Shown here: positions 17,637 through 27,925 of the stretch, in pieces
How the letters are laid out: the number at the start of each line of letters is the position of its first letter
Numbering within the stretch: position 1 is the first letter of the stretch
Assembly (NCBI GenBank): GCA_963662285.2
Contig: CAXXMV010000006.1
Coordinates: 864,001-928,000, forward strand
Source of the DNA: a bacterium
GTDB lineage: Bacteria > Hinthialibacterota > Hinthialibacteria > Hinthialibacterales > Hinthialibacteraceae
DNA: 64,000 bases
Direction: 5' to 3'
Made by a program: the position numbers and the translations under genes
Notes under the pieces: generated by a model
Seen by the model: only the letters and a program-made list of their open reading frames with translations
Told to the model about the DNA's origin: nothing
Database searches by the model: none

Positions 17637-19133
17637 TTAACGGGAAGGTTGTAATTTGCCCCTTAAATATATGATGAATCCTTCTTTTTCGACTACAGAT
17701 CGATCTAGTACGATATCACGGAAGAACGGGCTATCATTCAATTTTTGTTGTAAATCGACTGCTCTTTGATTGTTGCCGCCTTTGAGCGCAATCTCCACGC
17801 CTGATTTGAAATCGAGATTGATGTTTTTGATCATGATTCCTTCGGGCAGGGTTTCGGCGAGGAAAAGGAATAACTCGGCGAAATTGACATTGGCGCTGAG
17901 CATCTGCCTCAATCCAACCTCTTCCAGTTGCAGTTTGTTCGAGAGTTTTATCAGGTCTTCGCCTTTATCAAGACGCGCTTCGACAGCATGGCTAAACCAT
18001 ATTCCCTTGCCAATCCACAGCACCAGGAATATCCCCGCCAACGAGCAAGCCATAGTAGTGAATTTTTTAGAAGGTAAAGCCGCCTCTGGCAGGAAATTCT
18101 TCCAGTTTACATTTTGCGCAGCATCTTCTAAAAGGTTTGGTCCGGCAATATCTCTGTTGAGTGAGCAATATGCAATGCACAGTAAGGAGAGATGGCCTCC
18201 AATGATATCATCATGTTTACCGGAAAAATATTTCAGGATATGGCTTTTGGTTACTTGCGATAGTTCCAAGCCATTATTGTGAGCTACGGTTTTGATGCGG
18301 TCGAATGACCAGTCTTCGAATCCACAGCACAACATCCCTTTGATCGATCCACGCGCAAAACGGTCAGCGGCATAATAGAGGGTTCGTTCGATTTCCTGCG
18401 CCAGCGAGTATTCTTCGGCGCCCGCTTCATCCAATTTTTGGCTTGCAGGGATATGACGTTTCAGAGGAACCGAGCGGGTCAGGTAAATCGCTTTACGGTC
18501 TGCGATAGTAATTGAAGCGCGTCCGTCTTCTTGAGTGATAATCATTGATGGTTCATCCAGGAACGAAGGATCAGCGCCGAGGATGTATTCATAATAACCC
18601 CAGAAGTCAGGTGTTACTTGAGTGGGCGCCAGGCGGTCTTCCGGCCACGAATGAAGTAATTCGTCAATGTATTCTTTGCGGGCGGCAACCCATAACAGCT
18701 GAGTTTTCTCTTCAGCTTCGCGACCCGAAGAGATCAACATATCCCATGATATATCCTCAATAGGAACATGCAGCGCTTCGGAAACTTCGAAGGATACCAG
18801 GTCGCTCAGCGTTTCTCCTTCCGCCGCCGGAGCTTCAAGAAAACGAGCGGTTAAACGGTGGCTGGGGGCGATTACGATAACTTCGTGTTTTGTCATCCAC
18901 CCCAGTTTCAGTTTACGGTTGATGGCTTGAAGCGCAGTTTGCAGAGCAGAAGAATCCTGTTTCAAAGGTTGCTCTGCATCTTCATTATTTACTATTGGCT
19001 CGAAACCGGCGCCCAGAATGTTAAGGGAGTCATTCTCCCTGAGGACTTCCAGCCAGTAGATGCCGGTGGATGCCGGTTGCAACAAGATGAGATGCATGGC
19101 CCGTTTTTCTGGTTTCATCGCAATACTTTCCAA
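17637..19133 (-). CDS. GspL-like (PilM-PilN type) platform protein
   Basis: Cytoplasmic PilM-like region (VSFEVSEALHVPIEDISWD, EIERTL), PNLL + TM, PilN-like LAETLPEGIMI...LNDSPFF. Confidence 0.78.
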   Translation of the reverse strand: MESIAMKPEKRAMHLILLQPASTGIYWLEVLRENDSLNILGAGFEPIVNNEDAEQPLKQDSSALQTALQAINRKLKLGWMTKHEVIVIAPSHRLTARFLEAPAAEGETLSDLVSFEVSEALHVPIEDISWDMLISSGREAEEKTQLLWVAARKEYIDELLHSWPEDRLAPTQVTPDFWGYYEYILGADPSFLDEPSMIITQEDGRASITIADRKAIYLTRSVPLKRHIPASQKLDEAGAEEYSLAQEIERTLYYAADRFARGSIKGMLCCGFEDWSFDRIKTVAHNNGLELSQVTKSHILKYFSGKHDDIIGGHLSLLCIAYCSLNRDIAGPNLLEDAAQNVNWKNFLPEAALPSKKFTTMACSLAGIFLVLWIGKGIWFSHAVEARLDKGEDLIKLSNKLQLEEVGLRQMLSANVNFAELFLFLAETLPEGIMIKNINLDFKSGVEIALKGGNNQRAVDLQQKLNDSPFFRDIVLDRSVVEKEGFIIYLRGKLQPSR

Positions 19134-20476
19134 TATCGAATTTCCGGTGGCTCGACTCCGCGATCCACAACGGCATAAATTTCTTTGTAAGCCCGCGAAC
19201 GTTCAATTTGTCCTGATGAGCGTGCGGAAAAGACGGATGATTTCGCGCAGATGCTTCCGTTAATGGTGATGAATTTACTTTTTGACATTCCCTGAATGTC
19301 CATTAACTCGCCGATATTGTCGAACGGCGCTTCGCTTGATTTACGGTATTCAATAATTTTTTCAACCAGGTCTTCATCATTGAACAGAATATTTAATACC
19401 ATTTTCGGCGCAGTGTTTATGTTTACTTTGCCGATCAAATTTTCTTCATCTGAAACAGTTATTTTATCGGCGATATTTTTGAATTTTTCTTTGCTGATGG
19501 ATATGCTGTTGGAATTAGTGTTATTATTCCGATTGTTATTTCTGTTATTATTGCTGTTGTTATTGGAATTACTGTTGACTGTTTTTTCCATCAGTTCGCC
19601 AATCGAAGCGAATTGCTCCTGGTCGCGTACTGATATAATGGCGTCGATTTCATCATCGGATAATTCGCTGCTAAACTGCTCTTTTAGTTTTTCCTTATTG
19701 GCTGTATTGATATTAATGCGGGCTTCTCCCTCGCCGGAGACATTTTTTTCATAAGAATAAGCTGTGATGTATGGATACCAGCCGCGTTCCAGCTCTCCAT
19801 CGCTGTTATCCAGGGGCGGCGTTTTGGCGCCATCGTTTTCATTGGCGTCGAGCAGGCCGTTGGTGTTGGTATCTTCTCCATAAAGCAGGTCGAGGGTCAT
19901 ACCCTTTACTAATAACATTTCCTCCACCGAATCGTAGAAAGCGTTTTTGGTCTGGTATGGTTCGGGTAATGTTTCGTAATATTCGCTTTCAGCGCCATAA
20001 GTTCCCGGATTGTCATCATCGTCGCGCCAATCGATTATAGCGTCAATGACTTCCTCTTCCGCATTAGGCAATCGAAGCAGGACATCCCGGCTGGCGGTAT
20101 TGATATTAATTTTACTGCATTCATCCACTGCGCCATATTCTATACTGTTTTCACTATCGGGCGTTGAGCGGGTCAGGCTATAAGTCCCGTTGCCTAACAT
20201 GACGTTTCCGAAGGCTTCAGAGTTTAGTGACCATGATTCGTCCAGGCTGTCATAAGTAGTTTCAGTTTTATCGTTAACCAACTCAGCCATCAGTCGATAG
20301 ATGCCGGCTTCGGCCAACATGCGCGCTTCACTGGCATTATTTGTATTACGATTTACTTGTAGAGAAAGTGTGGCTTGCCGGTTAAAAAGCATGGTAATTG
20401 AACCTAGCACCGCCACTATCCAAAGCACAATGATGAGAGCCATACCGCATTGTTGATTATGTGATTTATCTCTCAC
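19115..20476 (-). CDS. gspK: minor pseudopilin GspK with HhH domains
   Basis: G|MALIIVLWIVAVL prepilin site, DECSKININTA, AIIDWRD, EEMLLVKG, helix-hairpin-helix repeats; GTG start after AGGAGG (ORF track start 20506). Confidence 0.9.
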   Translation of the reverse strand: MRDKSHNQQCGMALIIVLWIVAVLGSITMLFNRQATLSLQVNRNTNNASEARMLAEAGIYRLMAELVNDKTETTYDSLDESWSLNSEAFGNVMLGNGTYSLTRSTPDSENSIEYGAVDECSKININTASRDVLLRLPNAEEEVIDAIIDWRDDDDNPGTYGAESEYYETLPEPYQTKNAFYDSVEEMLLVKGMTLDLLYGEDTNTNGLLDANENDGAKTPPLDNSDGELERGWYPYITAYSYEKNVSGEGEARININTANKEKLKEQFSSELSDDEIDAIISVRDQEQFASIGELMEKTVNSNSNNNSNNNRNNNRNNNTNSNSISISKEKFKNIADKITVSDEENLIGKVNINTAPKMVLNILFNDEDLVEKIIEYRKSSEAPFDNIGELMDIQGMSKSKFITINGSICAKSSVFSARSSGQIERSRAYKEIYAVVDRGVEPPEIRYWKVLR

Positions 20477-21164
20477 CGCTTTGTCCTCCTTCATCAGACG
20501 ACTCATTTGAATCTGAGGTTTGTCTGTAACTGGCTATCCAGACAGTAGTTGAGAACTTCTTTATATTCATCGGCGAAGGTTCTTCATTAGGTAGGCTGGC
20601 TTCGAAAAGCCCGATGGAAATATTTACCGCAATGGGTATGGCGCTTGATGAATCCCATTCGGGCCACCATGCTTCTCCATCAAAATATTGCAATTCGAGA
20701 GAGACCACGCGTGGCCCCAGCAGCGCCAGTTCCCCTCCGCTGAAGGGATCAGTATCAATGGTGTAGTCCATCCGGCGCAGCAGCCAGCGTTCGGGAGTGG
20801 TCTCGTCCAGATCGATATAATACTGGATTTCTGCGATATCACAGGCGCCAGCGCCTGTTTCGGCTGGATTGTTGACGCTGCTGATAAAAGTGAGACTGTC
20901 AGTATCAAGTTCGCCGGTCATCTGGTCGTATCCCACAAACCGGGTGACATCCTCATGCGGTGATAGGAAAGTCGCTTCCAGATCAGTACGCATACGGTCG
21001 AGAATCAGGCGGGCGGTTTCAGCCATATTGGTTTTACCGCCTAATTCTTTGTATGCTCTAAGAACAACAGACATAGAAGCAAAAGCGCTGCCTAACACCA
21101 TCGCTGTAATGGTGGCGGCCAGTAATAACTCAACCAGAGTAAACGCTTTTTGTCTGTTTTTCAT
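20466..21164 (-). CDS. gspJ: minor pseudopilin GspJ
   Basis: A|FTLVELLLA N-methylation site; LQYFDGEAWWPEWDS...PIAVNISI C-terminus. Confidence 0.85.
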   Translation of the reverse strand: MKNRQKAFTLVELLLAATITAMVLGSAFASMSVVLRAYKELGGKTNMAETARLILDRMRTDLEATFLSPHEDVTRFVGYDQMTGELDTDSLTFISSVNNPAETGAGACDIAEIQYYIDLDETTPERWLLRRMDYTIDTDPFSGGELALLGPRVVSLELQYFDGEAWWPEWDSSSAIPIAVNISIGLFEASLPNEEPSPMNIKKFSTTVWIASYRQTSDSNESSDEGGQSGER

Positions 21165-21234
21165 AATGGTTTAACGTTTGATATCTCTATATAATTCAAT
21201 CTTTAGCGTATTTTTTTTCTATCCGCCGCTTGAA

Positions 21235-21720
21235 GAGTCATATTCCTCTCCCAAGCCACTGATCCTTACCCACAAGTTTTGTTTGGATTCATTGCCTCCT
21301 AACATTGTTGGGTATTTCTTTACAAGGGTGGTCGTTATCAACCCTCTCCTAACCTCTCCCAATCTTGGGAGAGGAATGTTAGACCACGGTGTTTTGTATG
21401 ACTAAGTCAAAATGATATAGCTGGTTATATCTGCAAAATCCCTCTCCCCCAAGTTGGGGGAGAATTCAAGAGGGGGTTGTTTTCTATAACCTTAGATTTT
21501 TCAATTGGCGTTATAATCATAATCTAATAGTTGTTTTTAGGATTATAGGTGGACTCAATCAAGGGTAGAAAATACACTACCCTTGCCACCCGGTATTCTC
21601 TAATCCTTAACCCATAAAATATTATTTATATTTGTGGGTTAAGATCAGCCCAAGCCTGGGGGAGGTTAGGAGGGGGTTGCGCAACCCCCCTCTAACTCCC
21701 CCCAGGCTTGGGGGGAGAAT
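21235..21720. repeat. mosaic of short palindromic repeats inside the T2SS operon
   Basis: CCCTC-type elements (21341-21376, 21438-21478, 21648-21720), a CAAGGG-family element (21547-21592) and an inverted CTGATC(C)TTA(A)CCCACAA pair. Confidence 0.7.
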
Positions 21721-21731
21721 ACTATATATAT

Positions 21732-22217
21732 TCATCTACCGCTTGAACTTGAACTGCTTTTGGAACTTGAACCGCCGCTGGAAGCATCTTCCGCCATACT
21801 GAAATAATGGTACGTTGTATACTTTAATTCGTGGTCTCTGCTTCCCCTCTTCCACATAACTTTCATTTCCACTTGATAGAGGTCAGTCATATCGGTGTAT
21901 AAATAAGTTACAGTCCATTTAAAGCCGGACTGAGTGGTAAATTCGCCTTCGTTTGTATCATAAGGAGAGAACTGATTCGTACGTAGATTGCCATGCAGTT
22001 CTCCAATCAGCGTTGATGCTATGGAGTAATCCTCCGAAAGTTTCCCCGTCATAATTGATGCTGAGAATGTAGTCAGAATGCTGGTCACCGCAATTCCAAG
22101 AATTGTCATGGCCAGCAGCGCTTCCACCAATGAAAAAGCTGCCGCGCCGCGACTTTCTTTAGTGCGTTTAGCGGTGCAGATAAAAACTGACAGATTATTG
22201 ATAAACCATTTATTCAT
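21732..22217 (-). CDS. gspI: minor pseudopilin GspI
   Basis: A|FSLVEALLAMTILGIA; GFKWTV...DLYQVEMKVMW; true start may be downstream. Confidence 0.82.
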   Translation of the reverse strand: MNKWFINNLSVFICTAKRTKESRGAAAFSLVEALLAMTILGIAVTSILTTFSASIMTGKLSEDYSIASTLIGELHGNLRTNQFSPYDTNEGEFTTQSGFKWTVTYLYTDMTDLYQVEMKVMWKRGSRDHELKYTTYHYFSMAEDASSGGSSSKSSSSSSGR

Positions 22218-22223
22218 AACTAC

Positions 22224-22787
22224 TTACTCATAAAAACTCTCTGTCATACGGTTCCAGACCATGACTTGCCCGGTTAGTCCCACGATACCCACTGTATAAG
22301 TGTTTTCGTACTTATCTATCATATATATGAAGGTGTCAGACGTTGTCCCGTCTGGCTGGAAAGTGATTTCATTTTCCTTTTGCGAACCGGATAAGGTTCT
22401 TTTATCTATCTTGGCTATAGATGTATCTGTGCGGTATTTTTTGGGATATTTAATCGGCAGACGAACTGGTTCATACGTACCTGGAGCATTAACCGGATCG
22501 CTTTCAATAGATATCTGAATTATTCCGGTTTCCTGATCAAATAAAATCTGGGTTACGGCGCTGCGTTCAATGGCCAGACTCCTGGTATATCTCAGGATAT
22601 GGCTCAAGGTTTGCGCGGCGTGTTTGAGAGTGGTTCCTTCAAGAAACGGTTTGAACATAGGCGTGATGCCGCCCAGCATGATAGCCATTAAAGTAATGAC
22701 CAGCAGCATCTCCACCAGAGTGAATCCTCTGGAGAATATCCTGGGATTGTTATCCCGTTTAATATCAAGTCTTTCTTTGTTATTCAT
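22224..22787 (-). CDS. gspH: minor pseudopilin GspH/FimT-like
   Basis: G|FTLVEMLLVI; LRYTRSLAI; ITFQPDGT; GLTGQV. Confidence 0.85.
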   Translation of the reverse strand: MNNKERLDIKRDNNPRIFSRGFTLVEMLLVITLMAIMLGGITPMFKPFLEGTTLKHAAQTLSHILRYTRSLAIERSAVTQILFDQETGIIQISIESDPVNAPGTYEPVRLPIKYPKKYRTDTSIAKIDKRTLSGSQKENEITFQPDGTTSDTFIYMIDKYENTYTVGIVGLTGQVMVWNRMTESFYE

Positions 22788-22800
22788 TATCTTTTATATG

Positions 22801-23072
22801 CGGGCGCCAAGGGCAGTGTATTTTCTGCCCTTGATTGAGTTCACCTCTTTTATTTCCAAAATTCTTATCAACGATCCAAGTAAAAGTAAGATTCATCATT
22901 CACTTAATATTTTCGGCAAATGTATTCATGTCTCTCAAATTTAATATAAGATAGATCATTAAGTTGAATTTATTGTTAATTTGTAAAAAATCATAGAATT
23001 AAATCCATGTAACTATAGTTACCAGTCAAGGGCAGAAAGGACACTGCCCTTGGCACCCGCTTGGGGGAGAAT
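22801..23072. repeat. inverted pair of CAAGGG-family palindromes around an AT-rich spacer (REPIN-like)
   Basis: CGGGCGCCAAGGGCAGTGTATTTTCTGCCCTTGATTGAGTTCACCT (22801-22846) and inverted TCAAGGGCAGAAAGGACACTGCCCTTGGCACCCG (23026-23059); other copies at 21547-21592, 62012-62051, half copy 3111-3126. Confidence 0.78.
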
Positions 23073-23093
23073 TTGAGTCTTAATGCTAACAAA

Positions 23094-24323
23094 TTAGTTG
23101 ATCATCTTCCCTATGTTAAGAATTGGCAGGAGGAAAGCGAATAAAACTCCACCTACGCCAATAGCCATAAGAATAATAACCATCGGTTCAAAAAGGGTGA
23201 TGAATCGTTTGATGGCGTGCTGTACTTCCTGATCGTATGTTTCGGCCACCTGATCCAGCATTTCATCAAGTGAGCCGGATTCTTCGCCCACCGCGATAAG
23301 GTTAGTAACCATAGGGGGGAAAAACCCAGTCTCTTTCAGGGGTGATGCAAGTCCCTGACCTTTCTGGACTTTCTCGCATACTTCCCGTAAACAACGTGAA
23401 AGAATTGAACTGGAAGTCGTGTCAACCATCAGGTTAAGAGATTGCAAAACCGGGATGCCGCTTCTTACCAGGGTTCCCATGGTTCGCGAGAATCGGGCGA
23501 TTTGCGCTTTTATGAGCATGGTCCCGATTAAGGGAAGCCGTTCGCATATTATATCCAGCGTCTCCTTACCTTTGGGAGTGTTCTTAATCTTGCGAAAGCC
23601 ATATCCCAATCCGATCATAATCAACAGAATCAACCAGGAATAACCTAATATTACATCGCTGGTTTTAATTAATACTCGCGTTAAAAGCGGTAGTTTATCG
23701 CCGAAATCCGCAAAGACAGAACTAAGCCGGGGGATGACGAATGCCACCAGCATGAAAATTGAACCGATTCCAACCACTACCACCAGCAATGGATAAGCCA
23801 GAGCGGTGAGAATATTGGAGCGAAGCGCGTTTTCGGCCTCCATAAAACTGGCCAGTTGCTTTAATACGACATCAAGCACTCCGCCGGACTCTCCGACGCG
23901 GATCATACTGCAATAGAGACGGCTGAAATGTTTGGGGTATTTGCCTAATGCTTCAGATAAACTGGCGCCTTCATGAATTCGATGACGCAGGTCGCCAATT
24001 ATGTCCGACATTGAGCCGCTTTCCGATTGTTCTTCAAGGATGGAGAGCGCCTGCGACATGACGATTCCCGCTTTGAGCAGAGCGCCTAACTGGCTGGTGA
24101 AAACCAGCACATCGCGGGATGTGATTCGTGAACGGCGGCTTTTAGTAGTTTTGGATGCTATGTTTTTGGCGGAAATAGATAGTTCTTCGCCTTCCTTAAC
24201 GCCAAGAGGTCTCAGGCCAAGGTCTTTGATCTGATTGACCGCTTCTTGCCGGTTTTCCGCTGTCAGCGTCCCTGAAGATGTCTGGCCTTCCGTAGATAAG
24301 GCGCGATATGAAAAAATTGGCAT
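23094..24323 (-). CDS. gspF: T2SS inner membrane protein GspF/PilC
   Basis: MPIFSYRA, FTSQLGALLKAGI, GESGGVLD, ALAYP, GEESGSLDEML, FEP; 3 TM. Confidence 0.95.
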   Translation of the reverse strand: MPIFSYRALSTEGQTSSGTLTAENRQEAVNQIKDLGLRPLGVKEGEELSISAKNIASKTTKSRRSRITSRDVLVFTSQLGALLKAGIVMSQALSILEEQSESGSMSDIIGDLRHRIHEGASLSEALGKYPKHFSRLYCSMIRVGESGGVLDVVLKQLASFMEAENALRSNILTALAYPLLVVVVGIGSIFMLVAFVIPRLSSVFADFGDKLPLLTRVLIKTSDVILGYSWLILLIMIGLGYGFRKIKNTPKGKETLDIICERLPLIGTMLIKAQIARFSRTMGTLVRSGIPVLQSLNLMVDTTSSSILSRCLREVCEKVQKGQGLASPLKETGFFPPMVTNLIAVGEESGSLDEMLDQVAETYDQEVQHAIKRFITLFEPMVIILMAIGVGGVLFAFLLPILNIGKMIN

Positions 24324-24549
24324 AGTTATTCCCGTTTATAATATTAAACGCATGAAAATTACATCTGGTTTCAATAATCTTTGGTTTTTGTTAAAATAAA
24401 TAATATGCAACCAAAGGCATCGCTGAGTAGTAATAGAGGTTAATAAATACTTATTCCTATCGAAAACGCCGGATTTGTTCGAAATCCCATCTTTTTTGAC
24501 TATGAACTACAGTTTGGACGCAGGTTATTTTGAGAAAATCTCAATATAT

Positions 24550-26232
24550 CTATAGATTAGATATTTCGTCTTCCTGCGTAACGCGTATTATCTCTTCCAC
24601 TGTCGTTGTTCCATCCAAGACTTTTTGCCATCCATAATCTCTGAGATTCTTGATGCCCGCCATTTGATGAACCTGATTGGATGAAGGTCTCGTGAGAATC
24701 AATTCTCGAAGTTCATCATTGATGGGCAGCAGTTCGAAGATGCCGTTGCGTCCTTTGTAGCCTTGATTATGGCAAAACTCGCATCCTTTGCCCTTGTAAA
24801 CCTGCTGGCCGGGGGGGATTTGCAAACCGGCGAGACGTAGCAATTCCGGATCGGGGGTATAGGGTTCCTTGCATTTTGAACAATTAACCCGGATCAGGCG
24901 CTGCGCCAGAACGCAGGTGACGGCGGAGGATATCAAAAACGGATCGACTCCCATATCCATAAGCCGGGTAATGGCGCCGGAGGCATTGTTGGTATGAAGC
25001 GTACTGAAGACCAGGTGTCCGGTCAGCGCAGAACGGATAGCGATTTCCGCCGTCTCAAAATCGCGGATTTCACCAACCATGATGATGTCGGGGTCCTGAC
25101 GGACTATAGCGCGTAGTCCGTTGGCGAAGGTTAATCCACGTTTGGGATTAACCTGCATCTGGTTGATGCCTTCGATGTTGTATTCTACTGGATCCTCGAC
25201 AGTTACGATTTTTACCGTAGGATTTTTTATGACGTTCAATCCCGCATATAGGGTAGTTGTTTTACCTGAACCGGTTGGACCGGTGACCAGTATGATGCCA
25301 TAGGTTCGGTTGAGGATCCGTTCGAATTGTTCCTTCATGTCCGGATAGAAGCCCAGGTCGTCAATCTGGATCAAAACATTGGTTTTATCCAGGATGCGCA
25401 TTACCACGCTTTCGCCGTGGACGGTCGGTATGGTTGAAACGCGGAAATCAAGTTCCCTATCGGACATGCGCAGCCGAATATGACCATCTTGAGGGGTGTA
25501 GCGTTCAGCGATGTCCATCTCTGACATAATCTTGATGCGCGAAATGACGGCGGGCTGCAAATGCTTGGGAGGGGGTGGAATCTCGCGCAGCATACCGTCG
25601 ATGCGGTAGCGGATTTTCAGTTCGTTCTCGAAAGGTTCGATATGAATATCGCTGGCGTCTTCTTGCACCGCCTGAAAGATAATCAGGTTAACCAGGTTCA
25701 CTACTGTCGGTTCGCTGGCTAATTGGTGCAGATCGGAAATATTATCAGAAACTATAATCGGGCTGTCTTCATCGCTCGGGCTGAGGTTGGCGATCATCTT
25801 TTCGATGCTGGCCCCGAAATAGCGCTCAATATTTTCTAGTAGTTCTTTGCGCCGCGCCAAGACGATTTCTATTTCAAAGCCGGTCAACATGCGTAGATCG
25901 TCGAACACCTGCAACTCGCTGGGATCGACCGCCGCGACGGTCAGCGAGCCATTCTCTTTGATTAACGGAAGGATGCAGTGCCGCAAAGCGAATTCCGCTG
26001 GCACCAGATTGACTACGCTGGGAAGTATCTTTTTCGGTATTTCCACCCAGCGAACTCCAGTCGCCTGGCTTTTGGCGTCCAAAAGACTGTCTTCATCAAT
26101 GTAATGATGGCGCAGTATAATATCTTCAAGGCAGTCGCCGGTCTCCTGTTGCTCCTGCCGGGCTTTTTGCTGCTTCTCTTCAGATAGAAGTCCGGTATCA
26201 ATTAATACGTTCAATAGGTCAGCATCAGTCAT
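24550..26232 (-). CDS. gspE: T2SS ATPase GspE/PilB
   Basis: ASDIHIEP, Walker A GPTGSGKTTT, TVEDPVEY, RQDPDIIMVGEIRD, TGHLVFSTLHTN, CxxC...CxxC. Confidence 0.96.
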   Translation of the reverse strand: MTDADLLNVLIDTGLLSEEKQQKARQEQQETGDCLEDIILRHHYIDEDSLLDAKSQATGVRWVEIPKKILPSVVNLVPAEFALRHCILPLIKENGSLTVAAVDPSELQVFDDLRMLTGFEIEIVLARRKELLENIERYFGASIEKMIANLSPSDEDSPIIVSDNISDLHQLASEPTVVNLVNLIIFQAVQEDASDIHIEPFENELKIRYRIDGMLREIPPPPKHLQPAVISRIKIMSEMDIAERYTPQDGHIRLRMSDRELDFRVSTIPTVHGESVVMRILDKTNVLIQIDDLGFYPDMKEQFERILNRTYGIILVTGPTGSGKTTTLYAGLNVIKNPTVKIVTVEDPVEYNIEGINQMQVNPKRGLTFANGLRAIVRQDPDIIMVGEIRDFETAEIAIRSALTGHLVFSTLHTNNASGAITRLMDMGVDPFLISSAVTCVLAQRLIRVNCSKCKEPYTPDPELLRLAGLQIPPGQQVYKGKGCEFCHNQGYKGRNGIFELLPINDELRELILTRPSSNQVHQMAGIKNLRDYGWQKVLDGTTTVEEIIRVTQEDEISNL

Positions 26233-26541
26233 CAGTTTTTGTCTTATCCATGAGAAATTGGCAAATGCGTTGGAGTATATTAAATGATTCCAACATGCAA
26301 ATTGCTTTATTGTATTATGAATACTACTCTATATATAAAAGAAATAATATATAATAAGATTACATCCTTACATATATAACGCAGTAGAATACTAAATCGC
26401 TATAAAAAAAATCAAATTTTATTTATACTTATTATTTAGTCGTACTTTTTACTGATTTGGTTCATCAAAATTTGATTAGTTGACTGTGATCAACATGTAA
26501 CTACAATATAATAGTAATCAATATAGAAAAAGGTGTCAAAA

Positions 26542-26778
26542 ATGCCAATATATGAATTTTTTTGTAAGAAATGCGGACAAAATTTTGAAGAACTAGTCTA
26601 TTCTCAAAATGAAAAAATTAGTTGTCCTAAATGCAAAAGTGAATCCGTCGAAAAGCAACTATCCACCTTCGGCGTAAACACTCCATCTGCGTTTCCCGGA
26701 TGCGCCAGTGGATCATGCGATATGGCTAATCCCCCGGCTGGCTGTGCAGATGGCTGTTGTCCCGGCTGCAAGCATTAG
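26542..26778 (+). CDS. FmdB-family zinc-ribbon protein
   Basis: MPIYEFFCKKCG...CPKC...EKQLSTF with a Cys-rich tail. Confidence 0.88.
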   Translation: MPIYEFFCKKCGQNFEELVYSQNEKISCPKCKSESVEKQLSTFGVNTPSAFPGCASGSCDMANPPAGCADGCCPGCKH

Positions 26779-27064
26779 AGCGATTCGCTAAATTAAGTGT
26801 GTCAATGTGGTAGTTAAAATCCCTGAAATATGGGACTTTTAACCAATACTGCGCTTTCAATGCGTATATACTTTTGTTAAGCGCTATAACCTCATATATC
26901 TATATTTATGCATTTCCCACGTTTTTTAGTATAATAAGCGGTTTGTGTGAATTGACGAATATAATAATTCCCTCTTTAATAGACGATTACTGCTTAAAGA
27001 ATATTTCATTGTGAAAGGTTTAATTGCAAATCCTCTCACAATTTAGATAAGGGGTTCTACAGAT

Positions 27065-27766
27065 ATGTCTGCGTCCAAAATGGATCACAAAGAGTTGCAA
27101 CGCCGCTTGAAAGAAGATGAAGTCGCGGTGTTCATTACCGAAGTCAAGGATAAAGTAAAGATGCTTTATTCGGATTATGGTCGGCAATCATTGTTGGCTA
27201 TATGTCTAATAGCAGTTGTTTTATTTGCCAGTCATTTTTGGAAAGCGAAACGAATGAACGATTTTGAAGCGTCTCAGCGTTTATATTCCAATGCTGTGGC
27301 GTTTGTTCAGCAATCTCAATACCATGATGCGCTTAACGATCTAGGGACGTTGTTAGATGATTATTCAGGTAGCAAAATCGCTGTTATGGCAAAGGTTATG
27401 CGCGGCAACTGCTATTCCCAGATTGGAGAATACGATCTGGCTTTGGCCGATTATCAAGCCGTTGTTTCAAAATTAGCTCCCGAAGAGGCTTCAATGGTGC
27501 GGCTTTCAATGGTTCAAACATTGCGCAGCCTGGATAAACCTGATGACGCTCTGCAAGAACTTGCTATTGTTGAAAAACAAGTTAAATCCCCATCAATGAA
27601 AGAACAGATTATTTACCTTCGTGGTTGCTGCTATGAAGATAAGAATGATGTTGATCAGGCATTGATAGCCTTTAAGGCGATTCCTCCTGAATCGAAGTTG
27701 AATTCATTGGCTTCGGATAAAATCAGCATTCTGGAAGCGCCGACAGTTGAACCGATCAATCCCTAG
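27065..27766 (+). CDS. membrane-anchored tetratricopeptide repeat protein (YfgM-like)
   Basis: KELQRRLKEDE, single TM, helical TPR-like repeats (RGNCYSQIGEYDLA; RGCCYEDKNDVDQA). Confidence 0.72.
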   Translation: MSASKMDHKELQRRLKEDEVAVFITEVKDKVKMLYSDYGRQSLLAICLIAVVLFASHFWKAKRMNDFEASQRLYSNAVAFVQQSQYHDALNDLGTLLDDYSGSKIAVMAKVMRGNCYSQIGEYDLALADYQAVVSKLAPEEASMVRLSMVQTLRSLDKPDDALQELAIVEKQVKSPSMKEQIIYLRGCCYEDKNDVDQALIAFKAIPPESKLNSLASDKISILEAPTVEPINP

Positions 27767-27820
27767 ATCAATTATCGATTTGTTTAAGTTTGTTTAAGTT
27801 TATTGTAATATAAATTTTTA

Positions 27821-27860
27821 ATTTCAAAAAAGCCCTTTAATATGGGCTTTTTTTTGAAAT
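27821..27860. terminator. bidirectional-type intrinsic terminator
   Basis: ATTTCAAAAAAGCCC-loop-GGGCTTTTTTTTGAAAT. Confidence 0.75.
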
Positions 27861-27925
27861 AGAGTCTAACAAAAAACAGTCCACCCACCCCAGGGCGGCT
27901 TGTGACCGGATTTGCCTGGAATATT

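Noticed and set aside
21178-21405. 75-aa ORF inside the T2SS operon gap as a possible missing pseudopilin
   Set aside because: Wrong strand, no prepilin motif, overlaps palindromic repeats.
27767-27925. 6S RNA (ssrS), which often precedes ygfA
   Set aside because: Only about 65 bp separate the terminator from the start codon; the short CCAGG...CCTGG hairpin is too small for a 6S rod structure.
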